From positions 512,001 to 576,000 of the forward strand of contig CAWEQH010000008.1 of assembly GCA_963811165.1 (NCBI GenBank): a stretch of DNA of 64,000 nt. Direction: 5' to 3'. The first letter of the stretch is position 1; every line of letters starts with the position of its first letter. The position numbers were made by a program, and so were the translations under genes. The stretch is from an uncultured Nitrospiraceae bacterium (GTDB lineage: Bacteria > Nitrospirota > Thermodesulfovibrionia > Thermodesulfovibrionales > UBA6898). The notes under the pieces are model-generated. The model did not search any database. It had not been told where the DNA came from and saw nothing but the letters and a program-made list of their open reading frames with translations. Positions 23,609-33,884 of this stretch are shown here, one piece after another.

Positions 23609-25051
23609 CTATTTTCCCCCTTTGTGGCCTTCGCCGAGAAGACCCGCAAGCTTTTCTATGTCGCGTTCAAAGGCCGCCCTGTTTCTGTTGGCAGAGGCGC
23701 CTATCACGATTTTCGAAGCGCCCTTTTCCTCAGCCACGTTGACCCATAACCTCTTATGGCTCATAAAGAATGTGATATAAAGACCTAAGGCCATAATGAT
23801 GCATCCAAGATATACAATCCATACCCCGGGGTCTTTTCTCACCTGTAACCCGGTATATTCCACCCCCCAATAGTCGAGAAACTCGACGCTGCTTCCATCG
23901 GGCAGGCGCCAGGACTGAGGATATCTTTTAAATATCCAGCCCGAGTAGGGTTTGCCCCCCACGTTGGGCAATTCCACGTATATCGCCGGGTTTTTCAGGT
24001 TCGAATCATAGGTGAAGGGCCTGCCTGATTGATCAAAAGAGAGCGCAGGGCTGAAATTAGACACATGCCCTTCCACGGATGACCCCGGCATCGTGAAGGT
24101 CCCGCCTATCCGTATGTTGGCCTGGGTGCTCTTTCCGTCACTTGAGACGATGCGCAGCACAAGTATCCCGTTGCTCATGTTCTCCCGTACAGGACCGTAG
24201 CTCGATTGGTAAAAAGTGATGCCGCCGTACGAAAGCGGATCGTTTACCGATATGACTTTTTTCAGCACCTCTTTGCCGTCCTGTAACACGGTAAGCCAAC
24301 TCTTGTATGACTTGGGCATGTCGCTGTCGCCGTAATATTCCACTTCAAAGTTGTCACATCGCAACTGGAACCCCAGCGGCACTTCTGTCCCTCTGTCTTT
24401 GTAAGCCACTGAGGTAGTTTCACCTTCCGGCAGATTGAGGACCGCGTTGAAACCGAACTTCAGGCCTATGATCGCCCCGGCCAGGATTATCAGGATGCTC
24501 ATATGCGTGATATACACGCCCAGCCTCGTAAAGTTGCCTTTTTCCGCACGGAACTGGAAACCATTTTCTGCGGAAGATTCGACCGGCTTAAACCCGATCT
24601 TTCCTATCGCGGAGGACACATCCTCCCTGCTTCCTGAGGCCTTGCCTTTTATCGCAAAACTTTTTCTTATGGACATCTTTTCAAGATGCTCCATGGATAG
24701 CGGCCGGATAGTCTCCCGGACAAGTTTCAAAATCCTGGGCAGTCTGTCCAGGGAACAGACAATCAGGTTTGCGGCAAACAGGAGAAGGAAAGTAACAAAC
24801 CACCACGAGTGGTACATATTCATGAACCCGAGGCTGTCAAGAACGCCGTAGATGCTGTGGGCAGTTTCATGCCCCACCCCGAATATCTTGATAAGGACCT
24901 GGATATTCTTCTCCGGCTCGACGTTTTGCTCGATAACCGTCCCGACCATGGATGTCAGCGCGATGAGTGAAAAGATGACAACAGCTAGCTTGACCGACGC
25001 AAAAAGATCCCAGACGAGGTCTATTACCGACTTATTTTTTCCCTTTTCCAT
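23609..25051 (-). CDS. resB: Cytochrome c biogenesis protein ResB/CcsB
   Basis: YHSWWF, CSLDR, YITHMS, VNDPL..GITFYQSSY, GLQVRKDPG. Confidence 0.92.
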   Translation of the reverse strand: MEKGKNKSVIDLVWDLFASVKLAVVIFSLIALTSMVGTVIEQNVEPEKNIQVLIKIFGVGHETAHSIYGVLDSLGFMNMYHSWWFVTFLLLFAANLIVCSLDRLPRILKLVRETIRPLSMEHLEKMSIRKSFAIKGKASGSREDVSSAIGKIGFKPVESSAENGFQFRAEKGNFTRLGVYITHMSILIILAGAIIGLKFGFNAVLNLPEGETTSVAYKDRGTEVPLGFQLRCDNFEVEYYGDSDMPKSYKSWLTVLQDGKEVLKKVISVNDPLSYGGITFYQSSYGPVRENMSNGILVLRIVSSDGKSTQANIRIGGTFTMPGSSVEGHVSNFSPALSFDQSGRPFTYDSNLKNPAIYVELPNVGGKPYSGWIFKRYPQSWRLPDGSSVEFLDYWGVEYTGLQVRKDPGVWIVYLGCIIMALGLYITFFMSHKRLWVNVAEEKGASKIVIGASANRNRAAFERDIEKLAGLLGEGHKGGK

Positions 25052-25121
25052 TAAGAACTCCCCTCAACATTATTCAAATATAATAGAATATTGTTTTTGT
25101 ATAAAACAAGGGAAACGGAGG

Positions 25122-25147
25122 GGTAGTGTCCCAATTAGGACACCACC
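25122..25147. repeat. GTAG-type short palindrome
   Basis: ggtagtgtcccaattaggacaccacc; related copies at 59276 and 59313. Confidence 0.5.
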
Positions 25148-25165
25148 AACGGAAGCATATCGGCC

Positions 25166-25633
25166 TTACGCGAGGACCTTCGGTTTGTCTCTTCTTGCGT
25201 CGACGATACAGAGGAAGCCAAAGGGGCTCTTATAGGGGTTGGTCAACTGGTGTACTGTATCGGGGGGAATATAGAGAACATCCATAAACCCCATTTTCCT
25301 CCTCGATTTCCCCGTCCTGACGATACCCTCACCTTTGACGCATATTACGACATGCTCGTGTTTGTGTCTCTCCAGACTGCTGGCCCCCCCGTGGGCGATC
25401 TCGAAATATCGGACATGGAACTTCGTTGATTCCCCATGGGCGCCGATCAACACCCGTCTGATGATATCGGACCATCCCCCTGTCACGGTCTTATACGGCT
25501 CGTCCGAAACACCGCGCCAGACCATATCCCCCTTATGCCTGTAAAGCGCACATCTGTTTGCCTTCTTCGCAGACGATTTCTTTATGCCGCCTATTTCACA
25601 AAAAGATACCTGCTTCACGATTTTTTTCCGCAT
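25166..25633 (-). CDS. Cupin domain protein
   Basis: ERHKHEHVV and YIPPDTVHQL cupin motifs; true start may be downstream. Confidence 0.85.
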   Translation of the reverse strand: MRKKIVKQVSFCEIGGIKKSSAKKANRCALYRHKGDMVWRGVSDEPYKTVTGGWSDIIRRVLIGAHGESTKFHVRYFEIAHGGASSLERHKHEHVVICVKGEGIVRTGKSRRKMGFMDVLYIPPDTVHQLTNPYKSPFGFLCIVDARRDKPKVLA

Positions 25634-25665
25634 ACTCTAATATCTCCTGCTACCAAGCACTCCAG

Positions 25666-26694
25666 TTAATGATCAAACACTATCAAGGCCTTCAGTGAGT
25701 CACCGGGCACAGAAGTGAGCCTGAAGGCCTCCTGCGTCTGCTCAACCGGGAATCGGTGTGTCACAATCCTTTCGGCCGACACAATCCCTTTTCCTATCAT
25801 CTCACAGGCATCAGCGGTATCGGAGGGTCCGCAGGAATAGCTCGTGATGATATTAATGTCTTGGAAATATAGCCTGTTGGGATCGATTACGAGAGTTTCC
25901 CCCGGCTTTGCAGGCGTAAAAAAGAGGACCTGCCCGCCGGGGCGGACACACCGCAGCCCCTGCGCCATCACCTCCGCGCTATTGGGGCCAACGACAACGA
26001 GTTCGGCCATCTCTCCGCGGGTGATCTCTTGAAGCCCTTCAAAAACTCCGGTGCGCGATACGTCTATTACGTCATCGGCCCCGAATTTACCCGCCATGTC
26101 GAGTCTGAATTTCACCATGTCGGCGCCGATTACCCTGCCGGCGCCCAAGTGCCTGGCCGCAATCATATTGATCATGCCCATTACGCCCAGGCCGATGACC
26201 AGCACGGTATCGCCGCGCCTGATACGCGCCCTTTTGAGACCTTTTAGGACGCAGGCAACGGGTTCGATCAGGGCCGCGTCATCGAAACCCATGTATTGAG
26301 GAATAAGTATCGTATCATTTTCGAGATTCACCGAAGGAACAAGGATGTATTCAGAGACACCCCCGGGGATTATGCGCGAATTTTTCCACGTGTCGCATTG
26401 CACGTAGTCTCCGCGTCTGCAGAACCTGCAGGTGAAGCAGGGGGCGTGATGATGGGTAAAAACCCTGTCGCCCCGTTTAAAGGAGCGGACTTCGCTGCCG
26501 ACTTCCACGACCTCGCCGGAGGGTTCATGGCCTAAAACGAGCGGGGCCTTTTTTTCTATATACCAGGGCATCACGTCACCCGAACAGATCCCGCAGGCCT
26601 TTGTCTTTATCAGGGCATCGCGCGGCCCGATCCCCGGGACAGGGATGTTCTCGATGCGGATATCATCAAAACTATATAATCTCGCGACCTTCAT
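25666..26694 (-). CDS. Zn-dependent alcohol/polyol dehydrogenase (MDR family)
   Basis: CGICSGD, GHE, CFTCRFC...C, GLGVMG. Confidence 0.9.
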   Translation of the reverse strand: MKVARLYSFDDIRIENIPVPGIGPRDALIKTKACGICSGDVMPWYIEKKAPLVLGHEPSGEVVEVGSEVRSFKRGDRVFTHHHAPCFTCRFCRRGDYVQCDTWKNSRIIPGGVSEYILVPSVNLENDTILIPQYMGFDDAALIEPVACVLKGLKRARIRRGDTVLVIGLGVMGMINMIAARHLGAGRVIGADMVKFRLDMAGKFGADDVIDVSRTGVFEGLQEITRGEMAELVVVGPNSAEVMAQGLRCVRPGGQVLFFTPAKPGETLVIDPNRLYFQDINIITSYSCGPSDTADACEMIGKGIVSAERIVTHRFPVEQTQEAFRLTSVPGDSLKALIVFDH

Positions 26695-26944
26695 GTGTGG
26701 GATTTATTTTAGCATTTCAGGGCAAAGATATAGGTTGCAGAAATAATTGCGCTCTTAGGTGTTCCCTTGAAAATACTCCTTGGGCAGACGTTCGGACATT
26801 TCCCCGTTGCCGTAACACCGTTTCATTCAGGCTTGACGATAGGTTTATCGGCGACTAATATATGTATCCATAACAGACGAATGGGTGATGATTAATGGAT
26901 AGTAAGCAGACGTTGAAAAATCTTGGAAGATTCTCCGGAGCGAA

Positions 26945-27736
26945 ATGCGAGGCAGGTTGAAGACAGCCGGAGTTGAAACGGTCCTCGTCGTCGTTGGTGT
27001 GCTTCTTTTTATGGGCGCGGCATGGGCGGGGCCTCCTTTCTTTACGGACGACCCGGAGCCGGTAGAGTACCATCATTGGGAAGTCTACCTGGCTTCGCAG
27101 TGGGCCCATGACAAGCAAGCGGGGACATCGGGTACGCTGCCTCATCTTGAAGTCAACTACGGACCGGCCCAGGATCTGCATCTGCATGTCCTCATCCCGG
27201 CGGCCTACTCGGCGCCCAGCGAGGGTCCGACGCAGTATGGCCTGGGAGATATGGAACTGGGGATAAAGTACCGCTTCATTCATGAAGACGAACAGGGGTG
27301 GAGACCCCAGGCAGGGACCTTTCCCATTGTTGTCCTTCCCACGGGCAGCAGTTCGCGGGGACTGGGTGAAGGCCGCGTGAAAGTCTTATTTCCCCTCTGG
27401 CTCCAGAAGAGTTGGGGACCATGGACGACATACGGCGGCGGTGGATACTGGTATCACCCCGGCGAAGACAATAAAAACTACTGGTTTGCCGGATGGCTTC
27501 TGCAGCGTGAGTTCTCCAAGATGCTGACGATCGGGGCTGAGATCTTTAATACCTCGCCCAAGGCAAAAGGCGAGAGCGACGAAACAGGGGTTACCGTAGG
27601 AGGGTATCTTAACCTGGGTGAAGAACACCATATCCTTTTCTCCGCAGGCCGCGACGTAAAGGGGCCGAACACCTTTTTGGGATACCTTGCCTTCCAGTGG
27701 ACATTTGGTCCCAGGGAAGAGAAAAAAGCTGAGTAG
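26945..27736 (+). CDS. Exported protein, probable outer-membrane beta-barrel
   Basis: Signal peptide, GPPFFTDDPEPV, GLGDMELGIKYRF, aromatic C-terminal strand YLAFQWTF. Confidence 0.7.
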   Translation: MRGRLKTAGVETVLVVVGVLLFMGAAWAGPPFFTDDPEPVEYHHWEVYLASQWAHDKQAGTSGTLPHLEVNYGPAQDLHLHVLIPAAYSAPSEGPTQYGLGDMELGIKYRFIHEDEQGWRPQAGTFPIVVLPTGSSSRGLGEGRVKVLFPLWLQKSWGPWTTYGGGGYWYHPGEDNKNYWFAGWLLQREFSKMLTIGAEIFNTSPKAKGESDETGVTVGGYLNLGEEHHILFSAGRDVKGPNTFLGYLAFQWTFGPREEKKAE

Positions 27737-27842
27737 TCCAAGTTCCCCATCTTGTTACCGCATGATCCATATCGGCATTAGGAATGCCCGCTGGATGAAG
27801 GAGATAATCAAGCCGGGAGGATAAGGGGCAGGAGGATGGCTT

Positions 27843-28859
27843 TCACGGAGCCAGGGCATACTTGATGCCGTCGCCCTTGACCAACCTTGCAAAAACTTCC
27901 TTGATGTCCTTAAGCGGATACGTCCCTGAGATCAATTTTCGCACATCTACTTTCCTGTCCTTCAGAAGTCCGAATGCCTTTGCAACATCATGAGGGGTAA
28001 AGTGAAATGTGCCCGACAGGGTTATTTCGTCGTAGTGAAGTCTCTCGGCCTTAAACCTCACGACGGCCCCGCTCTTGCACCCGCCGAAAAGAACAATAGT
28101 CCCTCCTTTGCGTACATACTCCACCGCGGCCTCCCAGATGTCAGGCTGTCCGGTACATTCGAAGATATAATCCGCTCCGATGCCCTCGGTAAAATCGCGC
28201 ACCGCCTTTATGGTTTGAGAAGGGTCGAAAACAAGATCTGCGCCAAGTTTTTTGGCGGTCTTCAGCCTTTCTTCCTCGAGGCCGGTTATCAGCACCTTCG
28301 CCCCTTTTGATTTCGCAAGAATCAGATGAAGAAGACCGATAGGCCCGGCCCCGATAATGAACACCGTATCGCCTTTCTTTATCCCCAGGGGCTCCATGCC
28401 GTGGACCACGCAGGACAGAGGCTCCAGGAATGCGGCTTCATCGAAACCCAAAGCTTTCGGCTTCATGAAGACATTTTGCTTGACAATATGCCTGGGAATC
28501 AGAAGGTATTCCGCGTAGGCGCCAAGCACCTTTGTCGACATCAGGTTTTCACAAAGATGAAAAAGTCCTTTTTTGCAATAGCAACATTTCAGGCACGGTG
28601 CGCTATGGACCGCCATAATCGGGTCTCCGATCCCGAACTTACTTGCGCCTTTGCCCCTTTCAACCACAATGCCGGAAAATTCGTGTCCGAAAGGCCCCGG
28701 CATGGGGATAAGGGAATGGCCCCTTATAAAAGCCTTAAGATCGGTCCCGCAGGTAAGGGATGACTTTACCTCTATCAGCAATTCCCCCTCGCCTGGTTCG
28801 GGTATGGCTGTTTCCTGCAGCTCTATTTCGCCGGGTTTAGCTAAGATCGCTGAGAGCAA
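27843..28859 (-). CDS. Zn-dependent alcohol/polyol dehydrogenase (MDR family)
   Basis: TCGTD, GHEFSG, CLKCCYC...C, GAGPIG. Confidence 0.9.
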   Translation of the reverse strand: MLSAILAKPGEIELQETAIPEPGEGELLIEVKSSLTCGTDLKAFIRGHSLIPMPGPFGHEFSGIVVERGKGASKFGIGDPIMAVHSAPCLKCCYCKKGLFHLCENLMSTKVLGAYAEYLLIPRHIVKQNVFMKPKALGFDEAAFLEPLSCVVHGMEPLGIKKGDTVFIIGAGPIGLLHLILAKSKGAKVLITGLEEERLKTAKKLGADLVFDPSQTIKAVRDFTEGIGADYIFECTGQPDIWEAAVEYVRKGGTIVLFGGCKSGAVVRFKAERLHYDEITLSGTFHFTPHDVAKAFGLLKDRKVDVRKLISGTYPLKDIKEVFARLVKGDGIKYALAP

Positions 28860-28863
28860 CGGG

Positions 28864-29112
28864 TTAGAACTCTATCTTCCCGCCGACGATCTGGCCGGTG
28901 AGTGCGGCAGCAACGAAGATCGGGACGTATTGGAACCCAAGATGAGAAGAGACCCTGGCGAAGAAGATAAGCGGGATCGGCAGATGTATGCACAGGAACC
29001 AGTTAAGAGAAAATTTCTTCGTCCGGTTTCTGAGGTGGCCGAACAACAGGTTGATCATGACCGTCAGGGAAAAAAGACCGAAAATAACGGCCAATTTAGA
29101 AGTAGTATCCAT
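28864..29112 (-). CDS. Small membrane protein
   Basis: MDTTSKL...; three hydrophobic segments, KKFSLNWFLCIHLPIP. Confidence 0.7.
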   Translation of the reverse strand: MDTTSKLAVIFGLFSLTVMINLLFGHLRNRTKKFSLNWFLCIHLPIPLIFFARVSSHLGFQYVPIFVAAALTGQIVGGKIEF

Positions 29113-29302
29113 TTTTTTAAAAATAGCGCAAATAAGGGGATAAGTCAAGCGCGGACAGCATAAATGTGACTTTTCGGCCGCTTTTTGGCCGGTTGATATC
29201 CCGACAGTCAGGGCAATTTTTTACTCATGCCCGGTCTCCCCACTATCCTTAACGGAAGTGCCCCCTATTGACACAACCGATATTCGTTTGTAGCATGAGT
29301 AC

Positions 29303-29881
29303 ATGCAAGTACCGATCAAGGTAGTGTATAGGAGTCTGCTGCCTCAGTATAAAGAAGGCATCGAAGGCGAGGTCCGGCTTCTGGCCGGAAAACTCGACAA
29401 GTTTCATCCGGGCATCATCAGTTGCAGGATAGTAGTCGAGATGCCTCATAAACGCCACCATGAAGGCAACCTCTTCAGGGCCACGATAACACTGAACGTC
29501 CCGGACAAACAGATCGTGGTGAGCCGGGAGCATCCGGTCAGTCAAATCAATGAAAACATCTATGTCGCTGTCCGCCACGCCTTTGACGATGCGATACGCC
29601 AGCTTGAGGAGTACGACCTTATCAAATCCAGGGACGTCAAAGACCATGACCTTCATCCCCACGGGGTCGTCTCCAAGCTTTTCACAAAGGATGGGTACGG
29701 TTTTATCGAGAGTTCAGACGGCAGGGAGATCTATTTCCATAAAAACAGCGCACTGGACGGGTTCAAGAAACTCAAGATAGGGGTAGCGGTCCGCTTCGAG
29801 GAAGAGGAAGGGGAGAAAGGGCCGCAGGCAAGCACGGTAAAGGTCCTCAGAAAGGTCCCCGCCTTCCACAGGCGTCACTGA
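29303..29881 (+). CDS. HPF/RaiA ribosome-associated protein fused to cold-shock domain
   Basis: SCRIVVE...AVRHAFDDAIRQL, then GVVSKLF.KDGYGFI..DGREIYFHKN..GPQA. Confidence 0.9.
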   Translation: MQVPIKVVYRSLLPQYKEGIEGEVRLLAGKLDKFHPGIISCRIVVEMPHKRHHEGNLFRATITLNVPDKQIVVSREHPVSQINENIYVAVRHAFDDAIRQLEEYDLIKSRDVKDHDLHPHGVVSKLFTKDGYGFIESSDGREIYFHKNSALDGFKKLKIGVAVRFEEEEGEKGPQASTVKVLRKVPAFHRRH

Positions 29882-29916
29882 CCCTGTATTTGTTGTCTGT
29901 GTAAAGTGGGTTCTAA

Positions 29917-29992
29917 GTCATTCCGGCGGTGTGTTGAGCCGGAATCCAGGCTTTTTCAATACTTCTGGATGCCGGATCAAGTCCGGCATGAC
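29917..29992. repeat. Intergenic palindromic element GTCATTCCGG...CCGGCATGAC, copy 1
   Basis: Near-identical arms to 43417-43495. Confidence 0.85.
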
Positions 29993-30038
29993 GGCACAAG
30001 GAAATGAACACAGGCCTTAAATTTTCCGCCAGTATGAA

Positions 30039-30371
30039 TCAGAAATCGGGAAACATCTTGAGATAGAAAAACCTGTCCTCTCCGATCGATCTGCGCGCCG
30101 AAAGGATACCGCCCTCTATATACTCTAGTTGAAAGTCTTTATAGCCTCTTGAAACGAAGCCCTTCGCATCTGCCGGGCAGCCGCGCTCGCATCCCACTAC
30201 CCCTTTGATCATCGCAGGAATAAGACCTCTAACATCCGCCCCGGCAATGGCGATTCCCTTTGAGGAAGCAAATCGATCGATTTTGCCTACCACTTCGTCG
30301 AGGTCAAGATGAAAGGGGTCCGAGATCTCTATCGATATCGAATCTTTATCTATAGCGGCATCAAGAATCAT
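30039..30371 (-). CDS. Hypothetical protein (110 aa)
   Basis: ORF with upstream GGAGG RBS; GCERGCPADAK motif. Confidence 0.7.
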   Translation of the reverse strand: MILDAAIDKDSISIEISDPFHLDLDEVVGKIDRFASSKGIAIAGADVRGLIPAMIKGVVGCERGCPADAKGFVSRGYKDFQLEYIEGGILSARRSIGEDRFFYLKMFPDF

Positions 30372-30746
30372 GAACTAAACCTCCCGTTATTTCGCGCAGT
30401 GACAACTTATCAGAAAATCATATTGCAAGTCTATTGTACACATCAAGATCAGTCAGAGCAAAAAGAGGGCGTCACAGGCCGTCATATAGCCGCTTTGCAA
30501 CTTCCCATCTATACGAATATCCGGGGCCATTCCGGCCAACTGCGTCCACTCACGGGAGCGGTAAGTCTATTTCGCCAGGAACCACTCCTGGAGATGTACT
30601 TCCTCCTACCGACTGAGACCTGCAATCGTCTTGTCGGCACTGAAAGTTTCAAGCAGAAATCGGTGGGATAAGACATTTGTCTCAATTTCTAAGATAATTT
30701 GACAATTGCGTCTTTCCATGATAAAGGTTGACCGGATGGGGAAAAT

Positions 30747-30824
30747 CCCGATAAAGCCAAACAGCCTGTAAGAACGGGACGGAAAAAGGCGGATCTTAAA
30801 TGGATAAGATGGGCAAGCTGCTGC
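30747..30824 (+). promoter_or_regulatory. Degenerate c-di-GMP-I/GEMM-like riboswitch candidate
   Basis: GCCAAAC...GGGACGGAAA...GGATCTTA-N6-TAAGAT order of elements; first stem pairs poorly; TTGACA at 30699. Confidence 0.4.
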
Positions 30825-30892
30825 AGGATTAAACAGGAAATTATGAGCGGGGTATTTTTATGATGACTACGTAGGGAGAGGAAAGAGACGCA

Positions 30893-31753
30893 ATGCCAAA
30901 GTCGCTTATCGTTTATTTTTCCCAGGGCGGTACAACCGCTGATATTGCAAATGAAATTGCCTCCGGCCTTAAGTCTAAGCAATCGACAGTTGATCTGTGC
31001 AATTTAAAAGATGCCCAGCCGCCGAGCATCACAGGCTATGAATTGTTGGGCATCGGTTCCCCTGTATACTATTTCCGCCCCCCGTCAAACGTTATGGACT
31101 ATATCAATAACTTGCCGGACTTAAAAGGGGTTAAGTTTTTTCTGTTTATGTTACATGGGACAAATCCCTTTGATGCCGGCAGTGCCATGCGGGAGGCACT
31201 GCTTCGGAAGGGAGCTCAGGAAATTGGTTTTTACCAGTGCTATGGAGCTGACTTCTTTCTTGGGTACCTGCAGCGCGGCTATTTATTCTCGCCCAATCAT
31301 CCGACAAAGGATGAGATAGAGCAAAGTCATACCTTTGGTAGGCACATAGTAGATACCTTTGACGGCAGGCAGGCTTATGTACCAACGCCTGAGCGTCCGG
31401 CACCTCTGATCTATCGGTTAGAGCGTTTCTTGACATCACGGTGGTTAATGGAGCAAGTCTATAGCCGTTTATTCAGAGTAAGTCCAAAGAAATGTACATC
31501 TTGCGGACTTTGTATGAAATTATGCCCTACTAAGAACATTCGCGAAAATGAGAAAGGACGGCCGGTATGGGGGCGCAATTGTCTTTTATGCCTGACTTGT
31601 GAAATGAAGTGTCCCGTTGAGGCTATTACCTCTGCAGTCGGTTGGCAGCTCTTTCTTCCTTTTATCATATACAATGTGCGCGCCGCATCTAAGGACTCAT
31701 CCCTTGATTATAAGAGGGTTAAGGTTAGTAAAGGCCGTGTGCACGAATCTTAA
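30893..31753 (+). CDS. EFR1-family flavodoxin/ferredoxin fusion
   Basis: YFSQGGTT flavodoxin motif; CTSCGLCMKLCP and CLLCLTCEMKCP 4Fe-4S motifs. Confidence 0.9.
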   Translation: MPKSLIVYFSQGGTTADIANEIASGLKSKQSTVDLCNLKDAQPPSITGYELLGIGSPVYYFRPPSNVMDYINNLPDLKGVKFFLFMLHGTNPFDAGSAMREALLRKGAQEIGFYQCYGADFFLGYLQRGYLFSPNHPTKDEIEQSHTFGRHIVDTFDGRQAYVPTPERPAPLIYRLERFLTSRWLMEQVYSRLFRVSPKKCTSCGLCMKLCPTKNIRENEKGRPVWGRNCLLCLTCEMKCPVEAITSAVGWQLFLPFIIYNVRAASKDSSLDYKRVKVSKGRVHES

Positions 31754-32165
31754 AAACAGCGGCACAGAGGTAGGCTGCCCCGCCGAATAGGCTGACGCCG
31801 GAATGAATAAAATTGTCCGTGGACTTGTGAGGCAATAATCCTTCCTGGAGTCCACACCGATGGGTTTTTGCTTCAGAGGCGAGGTTTCTTCTGGAAAGAA
31901 ATACCTCGATAGGTGTACCTTCTGCTCTGCAAAATCATAAGACAGCTGCTTTCATCAGATTCTCCCTAAAGTTGTTAGGCAAGCAAATCATCCGAAATAT
32001 CGGATGACTATAACGTGCGCTTAGGCGATCAATTGAGAAAGAGGATTTTCGCTCGTTACATCTAATAACATGGGTAAGCTGGTTAATTTGCTATTTGAGT
32101 TTTTTGGAGATAACATTTAAACAATCGGAAGCCTGGCCTGAAAGTACAAATAATAGTCTAGAAGG

Positions 32166-33620
32166 ATGGGCGATTATATGTATAAATTATTCTTGCTCGC
32201 TTTAATATTCTTAATGTGGCCTATTAGTGACGCTAATGCATACACACTGCCCGACACCGGACAGACTACCTGTTATGACGCCTCAGGCAATGCCATAGCC
32301 TGTCCTGTCCCCGGCCAGCCCCTGGCACAGGACGGCACATACAACTTCTTGCCACTTTCCTATACCGATAACGGAAACGGCACAATAACGGACAATAACA
32401 CCGGTTTAATCTGGCAGAGGCAGGATGACGGGACATTAAGGACATGGGATCAGGCGATTGCCTATTGCACCGGGCTTAATCTTGGCTCGCTCTCGGGCTG
32501 GCGGCTTCCCAACAGACTTGAGTTGACCGGTATCGTCAACTATGGTCCGCCCTCTCCCGGACCTGCTATTCATACCGCCTTTACAGGGACCAAGTCGTCA
32601 TATTATTGGTCCGCTACGCCCTGGGCGATAAATCCTGTCCTGGCGTGGGAGGTCTACTTTGACGATGGCGAAGTGCTGCCTGCTGACAAGGGTTTGGCGA
32701 GGTATGTTCGATGTGTTTTAGGCGCAGAAACCCAGGGCCCGAATTTTGTTTATAACCCTGATGGTACGGCGACTGATACAACGACGGGTTTAATATTAAC
32801 GTCTGCACCGGCCGCAGCATGGGAGGGGGCCATTGCCTATTGTGAGGATCTGAGTTATGCAAATGAATCAGACTGGCGGCTGCCGAATATCAGGGAAATT
32901 GGGTCTATCTATGGAATGCTTGTTACCGATGAGACTTTGGTATTTATTAGTTCCAGTACGAATTCGGCCAGTCGGAGCAAGGCTTGGGGAGTCAGCGCCA
33001 ATGTTGTAAATAGCGGCAGCGTGTATTACTATGATAAAGGCATCGACACTTTTAGCGTCTTTTGTGTCCGGGAGGGGTACCCCGGGCTGTACAAGTTGGA
33101 CATTACGAAGACTGGCAGCGGCGCAGGAACAGTTATGAGTACTCCCCCCGGTATTAGCTGCCCGGATCCAATGACCTCATGCCATACGTGGTTTCCGGCC
33201 AACAGGCCTGTAAAGCTCACCGCAATCCCTGATGTCGGGCCGTTAATCCTTGGACCATATGTCTTCGGAGGATGGAGCGGAGACGCAGACTGCACCTATG
33301 GGCAGGTCACAATGGACACGGAGAAGGCATGCACCGCAACTTTTTCTCTCTGTGGGAACTGGGACAGGGCGCGTGTCCCGGGCGCAACAAGAGATTCTAT
33401 TAACCAAGCATATATTTGGGCGGTAAACAACGACGTCATTAAGGTAAAGGCTTCAAACAAGGCCGAATCCGTGTCTTTTTCATTGCCAATAAACGTTTAC
33501 CTTATTGGCGGATATGACTGCAATTTTACTCGCGTGAAGGGGGCATATTCCGTAATTACCGGCTCCGTGACTATTCAATCAGGCGCTTCTGTAATATTCG
33601 ACAATATCGTGATCATGTAA
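32166..33620 (+). CDS. Secreted double DUF1566 (Lcl C-terminal) protein with beta-rich C-terminal domains
   Basis: Signal peptide; LPDTGQTTCY, DNGNGTITDNNTGLIWQ, WRLPN twice, YWS, VRCV; KTGSGAGTV...FGGWSG repeat-type domain. Confidence 0.85.
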   Translation: MGDYMYKLFLLALIFLMWPISDANAYTLPDTGQTTCYDASGNAIACPVPGQPLAQDGTYNFLPLSYTDNGNGTITDNNTGLIWQRQDDGTLRTWDQAIAYCTGLNLGSLSGWRLPNRLELTGIVNYGPPSPGPAIHTAFTGTKSSYYWSATPWAINPVLAWEVYFDDGEVLPADKGLARYVRCVLGAETQGPNFVYNPDGTATDTTTGLILTSAPAAAWEGAIAYCEDLSYANESDWRLPNIREIGSIYGMLVTDETLVFISSSTNSASRSKAWGVSANVVNSGSVYYYDKGIDTFSVFCVREGYPGLYKLDITKTGSGAGTVMSTPPGISCPDPMTSCHTWFPANRPVKLTAIPDVGPLILGPYVFGGWSGDADCTYGQVTMDTEKACTATFSLCGNWDRARVPGATRDSINQAYIWAVNNDVIKVKASNKAESVSFSLPINVYLIGGYDCNFTRVKGAYSVITGSVTIQSGASVIFDNIVIM

Positions 33621-33884
33621 AAGAACAATTCCTGGGGATGCATCGGACTCTTCCTATGAAGATCAGAGAGATGCTCGATGGACTCCTTCTGGATAGGGGA
33701 TTCTCATAGACACCGCTCAATCATCATCGCAGCGTTATCCCGGATTTCTTTTGTAAATCCGCAATAGTTTCGATTTGAAAGACCTGTTGGTTCGTCGGTG
33801 CTATACGTAACAAAATTAATTGATTCTTAGAACCACCGAGGGTCATGATCAATCCTGCTTTTTCAAAGAGAAAGAGGAGGAACA

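Noticed and set aside
31960..32075. GTTAGGC and CTAATAAC motifs suggesting integron attC sites near the recombinases
   Set aside because: No paired R''/R' boxes with an extended imperfect palindrome, no cassette array, and no obvious IntI-specific insertion in the recombinases
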